DNA from: an uncultured Gammaproteobacteria bacterium
Lineage (GTDB): Bacteria > Patescibacteriota > Microgenomatia > JALYQM01
Direction of reading: 5' to 3'
Length of the DNA stretch: 64,000 nt
Assembly: GCA_964535655.1 (NCBI GenBank)
Contig: CAZHTP010000004.1
Span: 75,108-139,107 of the forward strand
Position numbers and translations under genes: made by a program. A model generated the notes under the pieces. That model ran no database searches, had not been told where the DNA came from, and saw only the letters and a list, made by a program, of their open reading frames with translations. Positions 10,354 through 19,927 of the stretch are shown piece after piece. Every line of letters begins with the position of its first letter. Position 1 is the stretch's first letter.

Positions 10354-11556
10354 ATGTATAAACCAAGTGATGAAACGTTGCAGAAATATGCAGACTTGTT
10401 AATTAAATTTGCGTTAGGTGGAGGAAAAGGTGTTAAAAAGGGTGAGGTTGTCTTTATGACAATTCCTGAGTCGGCAAAAGATTTTATTGCCCCTCTTCGT
10501 CGATCGGTGCTTTCTGCTGGTGCTCATCCACTCTTTCACTATCTTCCCGATGATGTTCAGGCGCGCGAATTTTACGAGTTGGCAAATGATTCTCAACTTA
10601 CTTTTTTTGCAGATAAAATGTACCGAGGAATAGTTGAACAAGCTGATCATACACTCCGTATGTTATCTGAATATGATAAATATGAATTTAAGGGTGTGGA
10701 TAGTAAAAAATTAATGAAATATAGTAAAGCACAAAAGCCGTATACCGATTGGAGATTTGAAAAAGAGAATAAAGGGAAATTGACGTGGGTGCTTGCCAGT
10801 TACGGAACAGAGGCAATGGCAAAGGATGTGGGAATGTCGCTTGAAGCGTATTGGGATCAGATTATTAAAGCTTGTTATTTAGATTTAGATGATCCAATTG
10901 CGCGATGGAAGGAGATTTTTAAAGAGCAGGAACGGCTGAAGAAAATACTGAGTGATATGAAAATTGAACAGTTACATGTTGAGGGCGAGCGTACTGATTT
11001 GTGGATTAAACTTGGGGCAACACGGAAATGGCTTGGTGGATCTGGGCGTAATATTCCTTCTTTTGAACTTTTTGTCTCGCCCGACTGGCGTGGTACTAAC
11101 GGGAAAATATATTTTAATCAGCCATTGTATCGGTATGGTAATAGGATCAGGGATATAACTTTGCAGTTTAAAGATGGGGTAATAGTTGAAGCAACAGCAA
11201 GTGAAAATCAACAGTTATTGCGAGATATGATCGCTGTTGCTAACGCGGATAAAATCGGTGAATATTCGTTAACCGACGGTAGAATGTCTCGCATTACCCG
11301 TTTGATGGGTGAGACATTGTTTGATGAAAATTTTGGTGGAGAGCAGGGTAATACTCACTTAGCGGTGGGAATGGCCTATAAGGATTCGTATGTTGGAGAG
11401 ATGGCGCTGGTAACTCCAGAAGAATGGAGTGAGATGGGGTTTAACGATAGTGCTATTCATACGGATATTATTTCTACTGAGAAACGAACTGTAACGGCAA
11501 CTTTGCCTGATGGGTCGATAAAGGTTATCTATACTGATGGAAAATTTGTAGTTTAA
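10354..11556 (+). CDS. Aminopeptidase, M29 family (AmpS/PepS-like)
   Basis: KYADLL, RNIPSFELF, IGEYSL, LFDEN, HLAVG, DSAIHTDI; SD AGGAG. Confidence 0.9.
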   Translation: MYKPSDETLQKYADLLIKFALGGGKGVKKGEVVFMTIPESAKDFIAPLRRSVLSAGAHPLFHYLPDDVQAREFYELANDSQLTFFADKMYRGIVEQADHTLRMLSEYDKYEFKGVDSKKLMKYSKAQKPYTDWRFEKENKGKLTWVLASYGTEAMAKDVGMSLEAYWDQIIKACYLDLDDPIARWKEIFKEQERLKKILSDMKIEQLHVEGERTDLWIKLGATRKWLGGSGRNIPSFELFVSPDWRGTNGKIYFNQPLYRYGNRIRDITLQFKDGVIVEATASENQQLLRDMIAVANADKIGEYSLTDGRMSRITRLMGETLFDENFGGEQGNTHLAVGMAYKDSYVGEMALVTPEEWSEMGFNDSAIHTDIISTEKRTVTATLPDGSIKVIYTDGKFVV

Positions 11557-11681
11557 ATTCCTTTGATATGTTTTACGTCGACACGCTTAACGCTTCGCTT
11601 TGCTCTGCGTTTAGAAGCTCCACTCTGCCATTCGCGGTTTGGCAGAGAGGGTCGACTTAAAAACATGCTTTCAGGAATTTA
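11554..11681. repeat. Structured intergenic repeat, copy B
   Basis: TAAATTCCT/AGGAATTTA, ATGTTTT/AAAACAT, GTCGAC/GTCGAC and CTCTGCCA/TGGCAGAG stems; homologous core to copy A. Confidence 0.85.
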
Positions 11682-12980
11682 TATATTGTCTTGAATAGAT
11701 TTCCAAATTTTCTCTACTCCGTGAGGAGATAGTTCTTCGGTTTCGGTGTATGTTTTGTAGTTTTGCATAGCTAGAAATATTCCTGCTTTAAACGCATTGG
11801 TTAAAAATTGTGCGGCTTTAATTGGGTTGACGGGTAGTTGTAACGCTCGCCAGCTATGTGCTTCATTTTTGAACGGACCGGGTGTTAATGGGCATTGCGT
11901 AGTGCAGAGGTATTCGTTTAATTGCTGTTGCCTTTCGTCGTTGGGTAAAAAGCCAAAACGCTTTAAGTAATTAAGATTATCGTATTCCTGACGTCCAACC
12001 GGTTCGGATAAGAGTAAGATTGGACCTCCTATGGTATCCGGGGTTGTTAAAACTTTAAAGCATTGTTCGGATGGCTTGGTTATTTCGAGTGACGGCGGAT
12101 TGAGTTGCTCAAAGAGTTTATCGTAGAGTTGGACTGTTTGAAAATCGTTTGCGCCAATATGAAAAACTACTTCGGGATTATCTCGAAAATACTCTATAAA
12201 CGGCTTAGTGTAATTGCCTTCTCTTGTTGTTATTGAAAATTTAAATTCGCGATGCTTGATTCTAATTTTTTCACTGGTTAATTCGTCGATTAGTGTTTTG
12301 TAATAAGCCAGTTGGACTGCTGCACCGCTTATTGGAATGCTGATTCTCGCTTTTTGTGGGTTTTGGGGTGTTACTTGTTCTACTTTGTTATATAAAATTG
12401 GTGGATCTAGTTTTTGAAAGTATTTTGGGCTAATAGGATATGGAGTAACTACAATATTAGGAACTGAGAGGTGCTCGTCTTTAAATAATGTGTTTAATTT
12501 ATTTTTAGTTTGTTTGCTCGGGACAAAAATAGTATCTGCTTCGACCATCCAAAATCTTTGAGGTGAATCATCGGTTACGATTACAGCATGAAATATCGGG
12601 ATTGGGATTTTTTTATGTCGAATTATACGGGCAATTTTTTGAGCAATAAAAGCGTGCGTAGAGACGATAACTAGTTTGTCAGGATTATCGGTAGCAATTA
12701 TTTTTTGGATCTGATTAATTGTTTCTTCGATTTTTTGCACTTGCATGTAGGTTAGAAGCGGCGTAACTATTTTTTCTGCGGTGGAGTTGGTTTGGGTAAA
12801 TTCCAGTATTTTCCTTAAATAGTAATTAGTGCTGATGAGGTGATAGATAAAAGATATTGATTCGTCCTGAATTCCCATGATGTGAGCATTTGTACCTTCG
12901 GGAAGTCCTGCAAGTAAGGCGTTCGTAACTCTAATATGGCCTAGGCCGGTGGGTGCGGTGGTAATGATTATAGCGGGCAT
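11679..12980 (-). CDS. Divergent GT-B glycosyltransferase, UgtP/MGDG-synthase-like
   Basis: GLGHIRVTNAL, VVSTH-like IVSTHAF, VIVTD, ITKPSE and GRQEYDN echo the GxGH, VxTD, ITKPGG and GQExxN motifs of GT28. Confidence 0.55.
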   Translation of the reverse strand: MPAIIITTAPTGLGHIRVTNALLAGLPEGTNAHIMGIQDESISFIYHLISTNYYLRKILEFTQTNSTAEKIVTPLLTYMQVQKIEETINQIQKIIATDNPDKLVIVSTHAFIAQKIARIIRHKKIPIPIFHAVIVTDDSPQRFWMVEADTIFVPSKQTKNKLNTLFKDEHLSVPNIVVTPYPISPKYFQKLDPPILYNKVEQVTPQNPQKARISIPISGAAVQLAYYKTLIDELTSEKIRIKHREFKFSITTREGNYTKPFIEYFRDNPEVVFHIGANDFQTVQLYDKLFEQLNPPSLEITKPSEQCFKVLTTPDTIGGPILLLSEPVGRQEYDNLNYLKRFGFLPNDERQQQLNEYLCTTQCPLTPGPFKNEAHSWRALQLPVNPIKAAQFLTNAFKAGIFLAMQNYKTYTETEELSPHGVEKIWKSIQDNI

Positions 12981-13078
12981 GGTATTAGTATAGCGGCTAT
13001 TTTATTGATGTTGCTAGATACCTCTATATTGTAGGACTTATTGCTTCGGTTTTTCGGACATGCTACAGTGGAGTAACT

Positions 13079-13543
13079 ATGATATTTCTCGGCGCTGATC
13101 ATGCAGGATTTGAAACTAAGGATTTAATTAAAGAATTATTGCATCAGATTGAAGTACCGTTTGAAGATCTTGGTGCTGAAGTGCTTCTTCCCGGTGATGA
13201 TTACGTTGACTATGCACAGCGAGTTGCGGTACGTGTTGCTAGGGGTTTTGGGTTGGGGATTTTAATTTGTGATACGGGAATTGGAATGGCGATGGCCGCT
13301 AATAAAATAAAAGGGGTTCGAGCTGCTTTATGCACGTCAACTTTTATGGCTCAACGCTCTAAAGAACATGAGAACGCAAATGTTCTTGCTCTTGGTGCTG
13401 CAGTTAATTCTCCTGTTGAAATAAATGAAATTGTACGTATTTGGCTTGATACTCAGTTTAGTGGTGATGAACGCCATATTCGACGATTAAAAAAGGTCGA
13501 GATGGTCGAAAAGGTATTGAAATTAGATCAACTTGCGGCATAA
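13079..13543 (+). CDS. rpiB: Ribose-5-phosphate isomerase B
   Basis: GADHAG, GILICDTGIGMAMAANKIKGVRAA, HENANVLALG, RHIRR. Confidence 0.93.
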   Translation: MIFLGADHAGFETKDLIKELLHQIEVPFEDLGAEVLLPGDDYVDYAQRVAVRVARGFGLGILICDTGIGMAMAANKIKGVRAALCTSTFMAQRSKEHENANVLALGAAVNSPVEINEIVRIWLDTQFSGDERHIRRLKKVEMVEKVLKLDQLAA

Positions 13544-13549
13544 TGAGGT

Positions 13550-14182
13550 ATGATTGTTTTTCCCGGTGTAATTTCTCACACTAAAGAATCTTTTTTAGCT
13601 CGCCTTGAAGAGATAAGAGATATTGGCGATGGTGTTCATGTAGATTTTGCCGATGGTCTGTATGTTCCTAATACCTTACTTGCATTGAGTGAAATTGGAA
13701 AACTGCCAAATGATCGGTTTTTTGAAGCGCATTTAATGGTAAATAATCCTAGTACATATTTTGAACTTTGCAAGCAGGTTGGATTTAAACGAGTTCTGGT
13801 TCATTTTGACTCACTTGTTTTGGATACTTACTCGGAAGTTTTGTTAGTACAGGATTCTGTTCATAAGTTAGGAATGGAATTCTGCCTAGTATTTACTCAG
13901 CAAGATCCGGTAGAATTACATGAAGACCTCTGTAAATTTGATCAGGTTATGATAATGCCTATTATCCCTGGATTTTCTGGTCAAAAATTTATTCCTGAAC
14001 AAGTTGAAGAGGTGAAAAAAATTCGTGCATTTTGTCCGAATTTACCAATTGAGATAGATGGGCATGTTGATGAAATAACGATTGAACCCTTGCGAGCAGT
14101 GGGTGCCACGCATGTTGTTAGCACCTCGTATCTTAGTGGCAGTGATTTATCTATTCGTTACAAAAAATTAAAGGGTGAATAA
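13550..14182 (+). CDS. rpe: Ribulose-phosphate 3-epimerase
   Basis: HVDFADG, EAHLMV, PGFSGQKF, IEIDG. Confidence 0.88.
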   Translation: MIVFPGVISHTKESFLARLEEIRDIGDGVHVDFADGLYVPNTLLALSEIGKLPNDRFFEAHLMVNNPSTYFELCKQVGFKRVLVHFDSLVLDTYSEVLLVQDSVHKLGMEFCLVFTQQDPVELHEDLCKFDQVMIMPIIPGFSGQKFIPEQVEEVKKIRAFCPNLPIEIDGHVDEITIEPLRAVGATHVVSTSYLSGSDLSIRYKKLKGE

Positions 14183-14184
14183 GT

Positions 14185-14847
14185 ATGGCGATTAAATTAA
14201 ATAATGTGGCAAAAAAGAAGACTTTTCCATCAGCTAAAGTAGAGAGAGTAGCCTTTTTTGGGTTTGCAGACTCCACGCGAAGTGACCCAGAATATAAGTT
14301 TGCATATGAGACAGCACAACTTGTAGCTGAAGCAGGGTATACCGTGGTTGATGGTGGCGGTCCTGGCGTGATGGAAGCCGCTTCCCGCGGGGCTAAGGCA
14401 GGGAATGGGCGCACGATTGGTGTTACGTTTTACCCACAAAACGCGGTTAATTTTGAAGGGAAGGCAACAACTAATATTATTGATGAGGAGATTGTTACCA
14501 AAAACTATCTTGAGCGTACTCTTCGATTACTCGAATATGGTCAAGTCTATATGATTTTTAATGGAGGGACGGGAACGATTAGTGAATTTGCGATGGCGTG
14601 GGGTATGGCTCGTTTGTATTTTGGTCATCATAAACCGCTTATTTTGTGTGGTAAGCATTGGTATGAGATCGTAGCGGCTTTTACTCGTAATATGAAGATT
14701 CGTGATGAAGAGTTAAATGTTTTTACGATTGTTGATTCTCCGAGTGAAGCTTTGAGTGAGCTTAAGGCGTTTGACTTAGATTTGGCGGGAACGCGGCTTG
14801 AATGGGATCGGGAGATTGATGAAAATGAGAAGCCGTTTGTGTTATAA
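14185..14847 (+). CDS. LOG family nucleotide phosphoribohydrolase
   Basis: GGGPGVMEAASRGA and GGTGTISE (PGGxGTxxE-like). Confidence 0.85.
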   Translation: MAIKLNNVAKKKTFPSAKVERVAFFGFADSTRSDPEYKFAYETAQLVAEAGYTVVDGGGPGVMEAASRGAKAGNGRTIGVTFYPQNAVNFEGKATTNIIDEEIVTKNYLERTLRLLEYGQVYMIFNGGTGTISEFAMAWGMARLYFGHHKPLILCGKHWYEIVAAFTRNMKIRDEELNVFTIVDSPSEALSELKAFDLDLAGTRLEWDREIDENEKPFVL

Positions 14848-14874
14848 CTAGTTATAAATTTTATTGTCGAAAGC

Positions 14875-14985
14875 AGTTCAAAACCTTTTTGCGATCTTTT
14901 TCTTTGCTCCCCGCTTCGCTCAGCGTCGGGCAATTTATGCCCTCCTAAGTCGCACGAAAAAGGATCGCTGCAGCGGTTTTGAACT
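14875..14985. other. Branched hairpin element between LOG and lacD
   Basis: AGTTCAAAACC/GGTTTTGAACT (11 bp), GCGATCTTTTTC/GAAAAAGGATCGC, top hairpins CGCTtcgctcAGCG and GGGCAatttaTGCCC. Confidence 0.75.
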
Positions 14986-15000
14986 TTGTTAAGGATTTTT

Positions 15001-15987
15001 ATGAAATTACGAACAACTTCTGCTATGAAAAAGCAGCGAATACACAATTTGGTTAATGAAAAAGGTGTTGTGGCGGCGATGGCGATAGATCAGCGAGGGT
15101 CTCTCGCTAAAATGCTTGGTGCGGCTCTTGGTCATGCCGCATCACAGCAAGACGTTGAGTTATTTAAAAAGGTCTGTGTTGAGGTACTTACTCCATATGC
15201 GAGTGCAGTACTTCTGGATTCGGAGTTTGGCATGCCGGCTTTGAAAGCTAAAGCCGAAAATACTGGTGTTTTACTCGCGTATGAAAAAACCGGATATGAT
15301 GCGACGGTGAAGGGGCGCCTACCAGATTTACTTGATGGTTATTCGGCTTCTCGTTTGCGAGATGAAGGTGCGGATGCTGTGAAGCTTTTGGTGTACTATG
15401 ATTCTTTTGATTCTGAATATGTAAACGCTATCAAAAAAGATTTTATCCGTACGATTGGAGAAGAGTGTGAGCGGGAAGAGATGCCGTATTTCTTGGAGAT
15501 TGTTTCTTATTCCGATGTGCTTGGCGATGTTAAGACACTTGCTTTTGCAAAAGAGAAACCTCGATTGGTAAAAGAATATATGCGTGAATTTTCTAAAGAA
15601 GAGTATAAGGTGGATGTACTAAAGGTTGAAATGCCTTTTAATGCACTTTTTGTGGAAGGAATAGGTAGTGAGCCGGAGTTTGCTTATACTCGTGATGAAG
15701 CGCTTGCTATCACGCGTGATGTTGTGACTGCGTCGGAGGTTCCTTTCATTTATTTGAGTGCGGGGGTTACGATTGACCAGTTCTTATCTTCACTTGATTT
15801 AGTCGCTGAAGCAGAAGTTCCGTATTCAGGTGTACTTTGCGGCCGCGCGACTTGGCAAAATGGAGTAAACGCTTTTGGTAAAGGTGGCGAAGAAGGTCTG
15901 CGCACCTGGCTTTTGGATGAAGGTGTCCGGAATATTAACGCAGTTAATGATCGATTGGCAAAAGGTGCCGTACGCATTGAACTTTAA
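15001..15987 (+). CDS. lacD: Tagatose-1,6-bisphosphate aldolase-type class I aldolase
   Basis: AIDQRGSL, LLDSEFG, LLAYEKTGYD, DVLKVEMP, FIYLSAGV, GVLCGRATW; start is ATG 15001 or 15025. Confidence 0.9.
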   Translation: MKLRTTSAMKKQRIHNLVNEKGVVAAMAIDQRGSLAKMLGAALGHAASQQDVELFKKVCVEVLTPYASAVLLDSEFGMPALKAKAENTGVLLAYEKTGYDATVKGRLPDLLDGYSASRLRDEGADAVKLLVYYDSFDSEYVNAIKKDFIRTIGEECEREEMPYFLEIVSYSDVLGDVKTLAFAKEKPRLVKEYMREFSKEEYKVDVLKVEMPFNALFVEGIGSEPEFAYTRDEALAITRDVVTASEVPFIYLSAGVTIDQFLSSLDLVAEAEVPYSGVLCGRATWQNGVNAFGKGGEEGLRTWLLDEGVRNINAVNDRLAKGAVRIEL

Positions 15988-16064
15988 TCGATAAGGAAAA
16001 GGAAGAAAAATCCTGCGCTCAAAAGAGGTTTGTGTTTTTTAACATGGCATGCTATGTTTTGACT

Positions 16065-16565
16065 ATGGTTATTTTAGGAATTGATCCCGGTATAGCAACA
16101 ACAGGATGGGGAGTTGTTGAAAAAGGTGGGAAAGCATGGGTAAAAGGTACGGATATGATCATGCTTGATTATGGCTGTGTCATAACCGAGCCTAAGGATA
16201 CGTTACAGGAGCGATTAATGCTTTTGTATAAGGGTATAAGCGAGCTGCTTCGAGAATATTCACCTGATGCGTTTGTTGTTGAAGAATTGTTTTTTAACAC
16301 GAATGTAACAACGGGAATTACCGTTGGACAGGCTCGTGGAGTAATCCTGCTGGCTGCAGCCCATTTTAATGTGCCGTATTTTGAGTACACTCCTTTGCAG
16401 GTAAAGATGTCTTTAACCGGTTATGGTCGAGCCGAAAAGAAGCAGATGCAAAAAATGGTGCAGATGATTTTTGGATTAGCTGAGATTCCCAGACCAGATG
16501 ATGCGGCCGATGCTCTCGCGATTGCCTACTGTCACGGGGTGAGTGCAAGAACCGTAGTACTTTGA
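16065..16565 (+). CDS. ruvC: Holliday junction resolvase RuvC
   Basis: ILGIDPG, VEELFF, VGQARGV, YTPLQVK, DDAADALAIA. Confidence 0.95.
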   Translation: MVILGIDPGIATTGWGVVEKGGKAWVKGTDMIMLDYGCVITEPKDTLQERLMLLYKGISELLREYSPDAFVVEELFFNTNVTTGITVGQARGVILLAAAHFNVPYFEYTPLQVKMSLTGYGRAEKKQMQKMVQMIFGLAEIPRPDDAADALAIAYCHGVSARTVVL

Positions 16566-16624
16566 GTTTTGGGTTTCATTTGTATTATTCTTTTTTGTGT
16601 GATATGTATGTAGTATAGCCAATT

Positions 16625-17215
16625 ATGATTGTCTTTTTGCAGGGTACAGTTGATTCTATTAACGCACACTCTCTTTTTATTGATGTGCTTGGTATTGGAT
16701 ATGAGGTATGGGTTCCTGTATCTGTATTGTCTCGTGTTCAAACAGGCTCTTCAGTAAAAATTTATACGTATCAACATGTCAGGGAAGATGATCTGCGGCT
16801 CTTTGGTTTTTTAGAAAACATTGATCTTGAAATATTTAAATTATTAATTGGAGTGAATGGTATTGGACCTAAAGCAGGGCTTTCTATTTTATCCGCTTAT
16901 TCCGGCGAAGATGTCATTGCCGCAATTAATCGGGAAGATGATCGATTATTTGCCAGTGTTTCTGGTATTGGGAAAAAAGGTGCGGCAAAAATTGTTATTG
17001 AATTAAAGGGAAAGGTTTCTGAGATGGGGCGTGGTTTGCGATCGATAGGCGTGCAGGAAAGTTTGGTTTCTACTTCAACTAATGATTTAGTTGATGCTCT
17101 CGTGAGTTTAGGATACTCTGAGAAAGAGATATATTTACATATCAAGTCTATAGATCAAAGTTTGACTTTGAATGAACAGTTAAAGTTGGCGCTTGGGCTT
17201 TTAGCTAAGCGTTAG
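16625..17215 (+). CDS. ruvA: Holliday junction branch migration protein RuvA
   Basis: GIGYEV, HVREDDLRLFGF, GIGPKAG, GIGKKGAAKIVIEL, ALVSLGY. Confidence 0.95.
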   Translation: MIVFLQGTVDSINAHSLFIDVLGIGYEVWVPVSVLSRVQTGSSVKIYTYQHVREDDLRLFGFLENIDLEIFKLLIGVNGIGPKAGLSILSAYSGEDVIAAINREDDRLFASVSGIGKKGAAKIVIELKGKVSEMGRGLRSIGVQESLVSTSTNDLVDALVSLGYSEKEIYLHIKSIDQSLTLNEQLKLALGLLAKR

Positions 17216-17242
17216 AAACGTAATTAATACTAAGGAGTATTT

Positions 17243-17848
17243 ATGACAGATTTTTCAAGTGAATATGAACATACCCAGATGGTAGAAAGCTCTATTGGGA
17301 ATTATTTAACTCCCGGTGAATTGGTATATGGGGAGAAAATGATTGGATTGCCTTCTCGTGCTGAGAGGGAGATGGTTCCCTTTGGAGAATTATCGTTAGC
17401 GGAGCAAATAATGACTGTAGATCGTGTAGGTTCACTTTTGGATAAGGCGGGTGTCACATACTCCGCATGTGGAGTGAGTGCAACTTCCATGACGCGAGCT
17501 GAAATAGGGGTTTATACGAGTGATGACCCAGTATTTACTATTCCCAATAGACGTATGGTGCAGGATAGAGCTGCAATACATTTATATAAAACATTTCAAC
17601 GAACTCAAGGAGGTACTTTTTTAGGAGGGGTTGAAGGTGTAGGCGCTACCGTTAATGATTTCTCCGGTATTCATTTGGAGCGAAAGGGTGAAGATGTTTA
17701 TATGATCGGTGAATCGACCCAGGGTGGCATAGACGGATTTTTTCGCAAGCATAAAGGTTTATTGAAAGATGTTACGTATGATGCTCGAGATGGACTAAAA
17801 GGCACTACATTGAATGGTTATGCTGTGCGTATTTCGGTAAAGCATTAA
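17243..17848 (+). CDS. Hypothetical protein between ruvA and ruvB
   Basis: 201 aa ORF with SD TAAGGAG, ends 3 nt before ruvB; no family recognised. Confidence 0.7.
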   Translation: MTDFSSEYEHTQMVESSIGNYLTPGELVYGEKMIGLPSRAEREMVPFGELSLAEQIMTVDRVGSLLDKAGVTYSACGVSATSMTRAEIGVYTSDDPVFTIPNRRMVQDRAAIHLYKTFQRTQGGTFLGGVEGVGATVNDFSGIHLERKGEDVYMIGESTQGGIDGFFRKHKGLLKDVTYDARDGLKGTTLNGYAVRISVKH

Positions 17849-17851
17849 CTT

Positions 17852-18838
17852 ATGTCAACAATAATTTCTTCAAAAGCTGAAAATAACGATGATGAGCAAT
17901 TAGATTTATCTTTACGCCCCAAAAAACTTGATGAGTATATTGGGCAAGAGAAGATGAAGGAGAATCTTATTATATCGTTAGAAGCCGCGCGTCAGCGTGG
18001 TGACCCGTTGGATCATTTGCTATTTTATGGTCCTCCGGGGCTTGGTAAAACGACGATTTCCCATGTTATTGCCAATGAAATGGGAGTATCGATTCGGGTT
18101 ACATCAGGACCGGCTATAGAGCGGGCAGGCGACTTGGCATCGATTTTAACCAACTTGCAGCCTGGAGATATTTTGTTTATTGATGAAATTCATCGGTTGA
18201 ACCGAGTGGTAGAAGAAGTGCTTTATCCTGCTATGGAAGACTTTGCTTTAGATATTGTTATTGGTAAGGGGCCGTCGGCACGTAGTGTTCGATTGGATTT
18301 GCCTAAATTTACGATTATTGGTGCGACGACACGAGTAGGTCTTTTATCTTCGCCACTTCGTGATCGCTTTGGGATTATTCATCGGCTTGAGTATTATAGT
18401 GACGATGCTCTGTTTAAAATAGTTGTTCGCGCATCTGATGTATTGGGAGTTGTGATTGATCACAATGCAGCAAAAGAACTTGCCAAACGCAGTCGCGGAA
18501 CTCCGCGTATTGCGAATAGATTGTTAAAACGGGTGCGGGATTTTGTGCAAGTGAGGCGTGAGGGTAAGGATATTGATATTCACATTGTTCGGGATGCTTT
18601 GCAGATGCTTGATGTTGATGAGCATGGTATGGATGCGAGCGACAGGCGAGTGCTTGAAACGATTCAAAAAAAGTTTGGTGGTGGGCCAGTTGGTATTGAA
18701 ACCTTGGCAGCGGCTTTGTCGGAGGATGTGGGCACAGTGGAAGATGTGCTGGAACCGTTTTTGTTGCAAAAAGGATTTTTACAACGGACTCCACGGGGGA
18801 GAGTGATTACGGATTCTGGAAAAAAGCATGTAGGGTAG
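17852..18838 (+). CDS. ruvB: Holliday junction helicase RuvB
   Basis: [52 protein letters not shown]. Confidence 0.97.
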   Translation: MSTIISSKAENNDDEQLDLSLRPKKLDEYIGQEKMKENLIISLEAARQRGDPLDHLLFYGPPGLGKTTISHVIANEMGVSIRVTSGPAIERAGDLASILTNLQPGDILFIDEIHRLNRVVEEVLYPAMEDFALDIVIGKGPSARSVRLDLPKFTIIGATTRVGLLSSPLRDRFGIIHRLEYYSDDALFKIVVRASDVLGVVIDHNAAKELAKRSRGTPRIANRLLKRVRDFVQVRREGKDIDIHIVRDALQMLDVDEHGMDASDRRVLETIQKKFGGGPVGIETLAAALSEDVGTVEDVLEPFLLQKGFLQRTPRGRVITDSGKKHVG

Positions 18839-18903
18839 GAAAACCTTGATTAGGGACGAAATAGTAGTAGAATTGGCACAGTTGAGTTTATAGGAGGTGT
18901 TTT

Positions 18904-19218
18904 ATGGTTGAAGTAAACAGTTCTTTGCAGACCGAGCATCAAGGCGGGGGTGTAAAAAGTGGCCGAACTTTTAGAAGAATTAGAGGAATTGCTTTGCTTG
19001 CTTATGCTCTTGCAGGCTGTGGTGATACTGGACCTGATAAGCCAATGGCGGTGCCGACTTTTGTTCCAACTTTGACAGCACGTGAGTTGTGTTTTTATAA
19101 GCGTGCTGGAGAAAGTGATGAACAAGCTATTTCTGATGGAGGACCAGTTAACGGAAGGTGTGAGAGTGCTGATTCTGGGTGGCAGTTTGTTGGTATAAAA
19201 ACAGAATACGGAAAGTAA
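18904..19218 (+). CDS. Small putative lipoprotein
   Basis: SD AGGAGGT; basic stretch, hydrophobic core and LAGC lipobox; two further Cys. Confidence 0.6.
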   Translation: MVEVNSSLQTEHQGGGVKSGRTFRRIRGIALLAYALAGCGDTGPDKPMAVPTFVPTLTARELCFYKRAGESDEQAISDGGPVNGRCESADSGWQFVGIKTEYGK

Positions 19219-19295
19219 GATCTTTAATGATCGACAAGCTGTGTGGCATCAGGTACAATTTGCTTGTTATTAAAAGATTAGCGGGAGGAAATTTT

Positions 19296-19814
19296 ATGTC
19301 TGGAGTATTGTCACTTGGACCGTGGAACAAGGAAGAGAAAAAGATTGTAAACGTATTTATTGAAATACCTCAAGGTGGGTCAATTAAATATGAGTTAGAT
19401 AAAGATTCGGGAGTTGTGTTTGTTGATCGATTTTTGTACACTTCAATGTCGTATCCGTTTAACTATGGATTTATTCCGGGAACTTTGGCTGATGACGGGG
19501 ATCCACTTGATGTGTTGGTATTGTCGGATAAATCGGTTGTGCCGGGTGTAGTTATTCCATCGGTTGTGATTGGTATGCTTGAGATGGAAGACGAAGAAGG
19601 AATTGATACTAAACTCGTTGCTGTTCCTACTGCAAAAATTGATCCGGTATATGGCGTGTATAAAGATATTGCCGAGCTTCCGGATGCTGTGAAGAATAAG
19701 ATGAAACATTTCTTTGAACACTATAAGGAGCTTGAGCCTGGTAAGTGGATAAAGATTAAGGATTGGAAAGGTGTAGATGTTGCTTTGGACGAGATTAAAA
19801 AGGGAATTAAGTAA
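19296..19814 (+). CDS. ppa: Inorganic pyrophosphatase, family I
   Basis: [37 protein letters not shown]; SD GGAGG before ATG 19296. Confidence 0.95.
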   Translation: MSGVLSLGPWNKEEKKIVNVFIEIPQGGSIKYELDKDSGVVFVDRFLYTSMSYPFNYGFIPGTLADDGDPLDVLVLSDKSVVPGVVIPSVVIGMLEMEDEEGIDTKLVAVPTAKIDPVYGVYKDIAELPDAVKNKMKHFFEHYKELEPGKWIKIKDWKGVDVALDEIKKGIK

Positions 19815-19830
19815 GTAATGTGAATTCGTG

Positions 19831-19869
19831 AAAAAGGATAGTGTTATTTTGTAGCGCTATCCTTTTTTT
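19831..19869 (+). terminator. Intrinsic terminator after ppa
   Basis: AAAAAGGATAGTGTTA/TAGCGCTATCCTTTTT hairpin ending in a T run. Confidence 0.8.
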
Positions 19870-19927
19870 GTGCTTACCCTTTATTTTGGCCATTTCGTTT
19901 TGATCCTGTTATAATTACTATGATTTT

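Noticed and set aside
2012-11681. CRISPR repeats, tRNA or hammerhead ribozyme for the repeated element
   Set aside because: Two dispersed copies without spacers; no T-loop or cloverleaf; no CUGANGA/GAAA core on either strand
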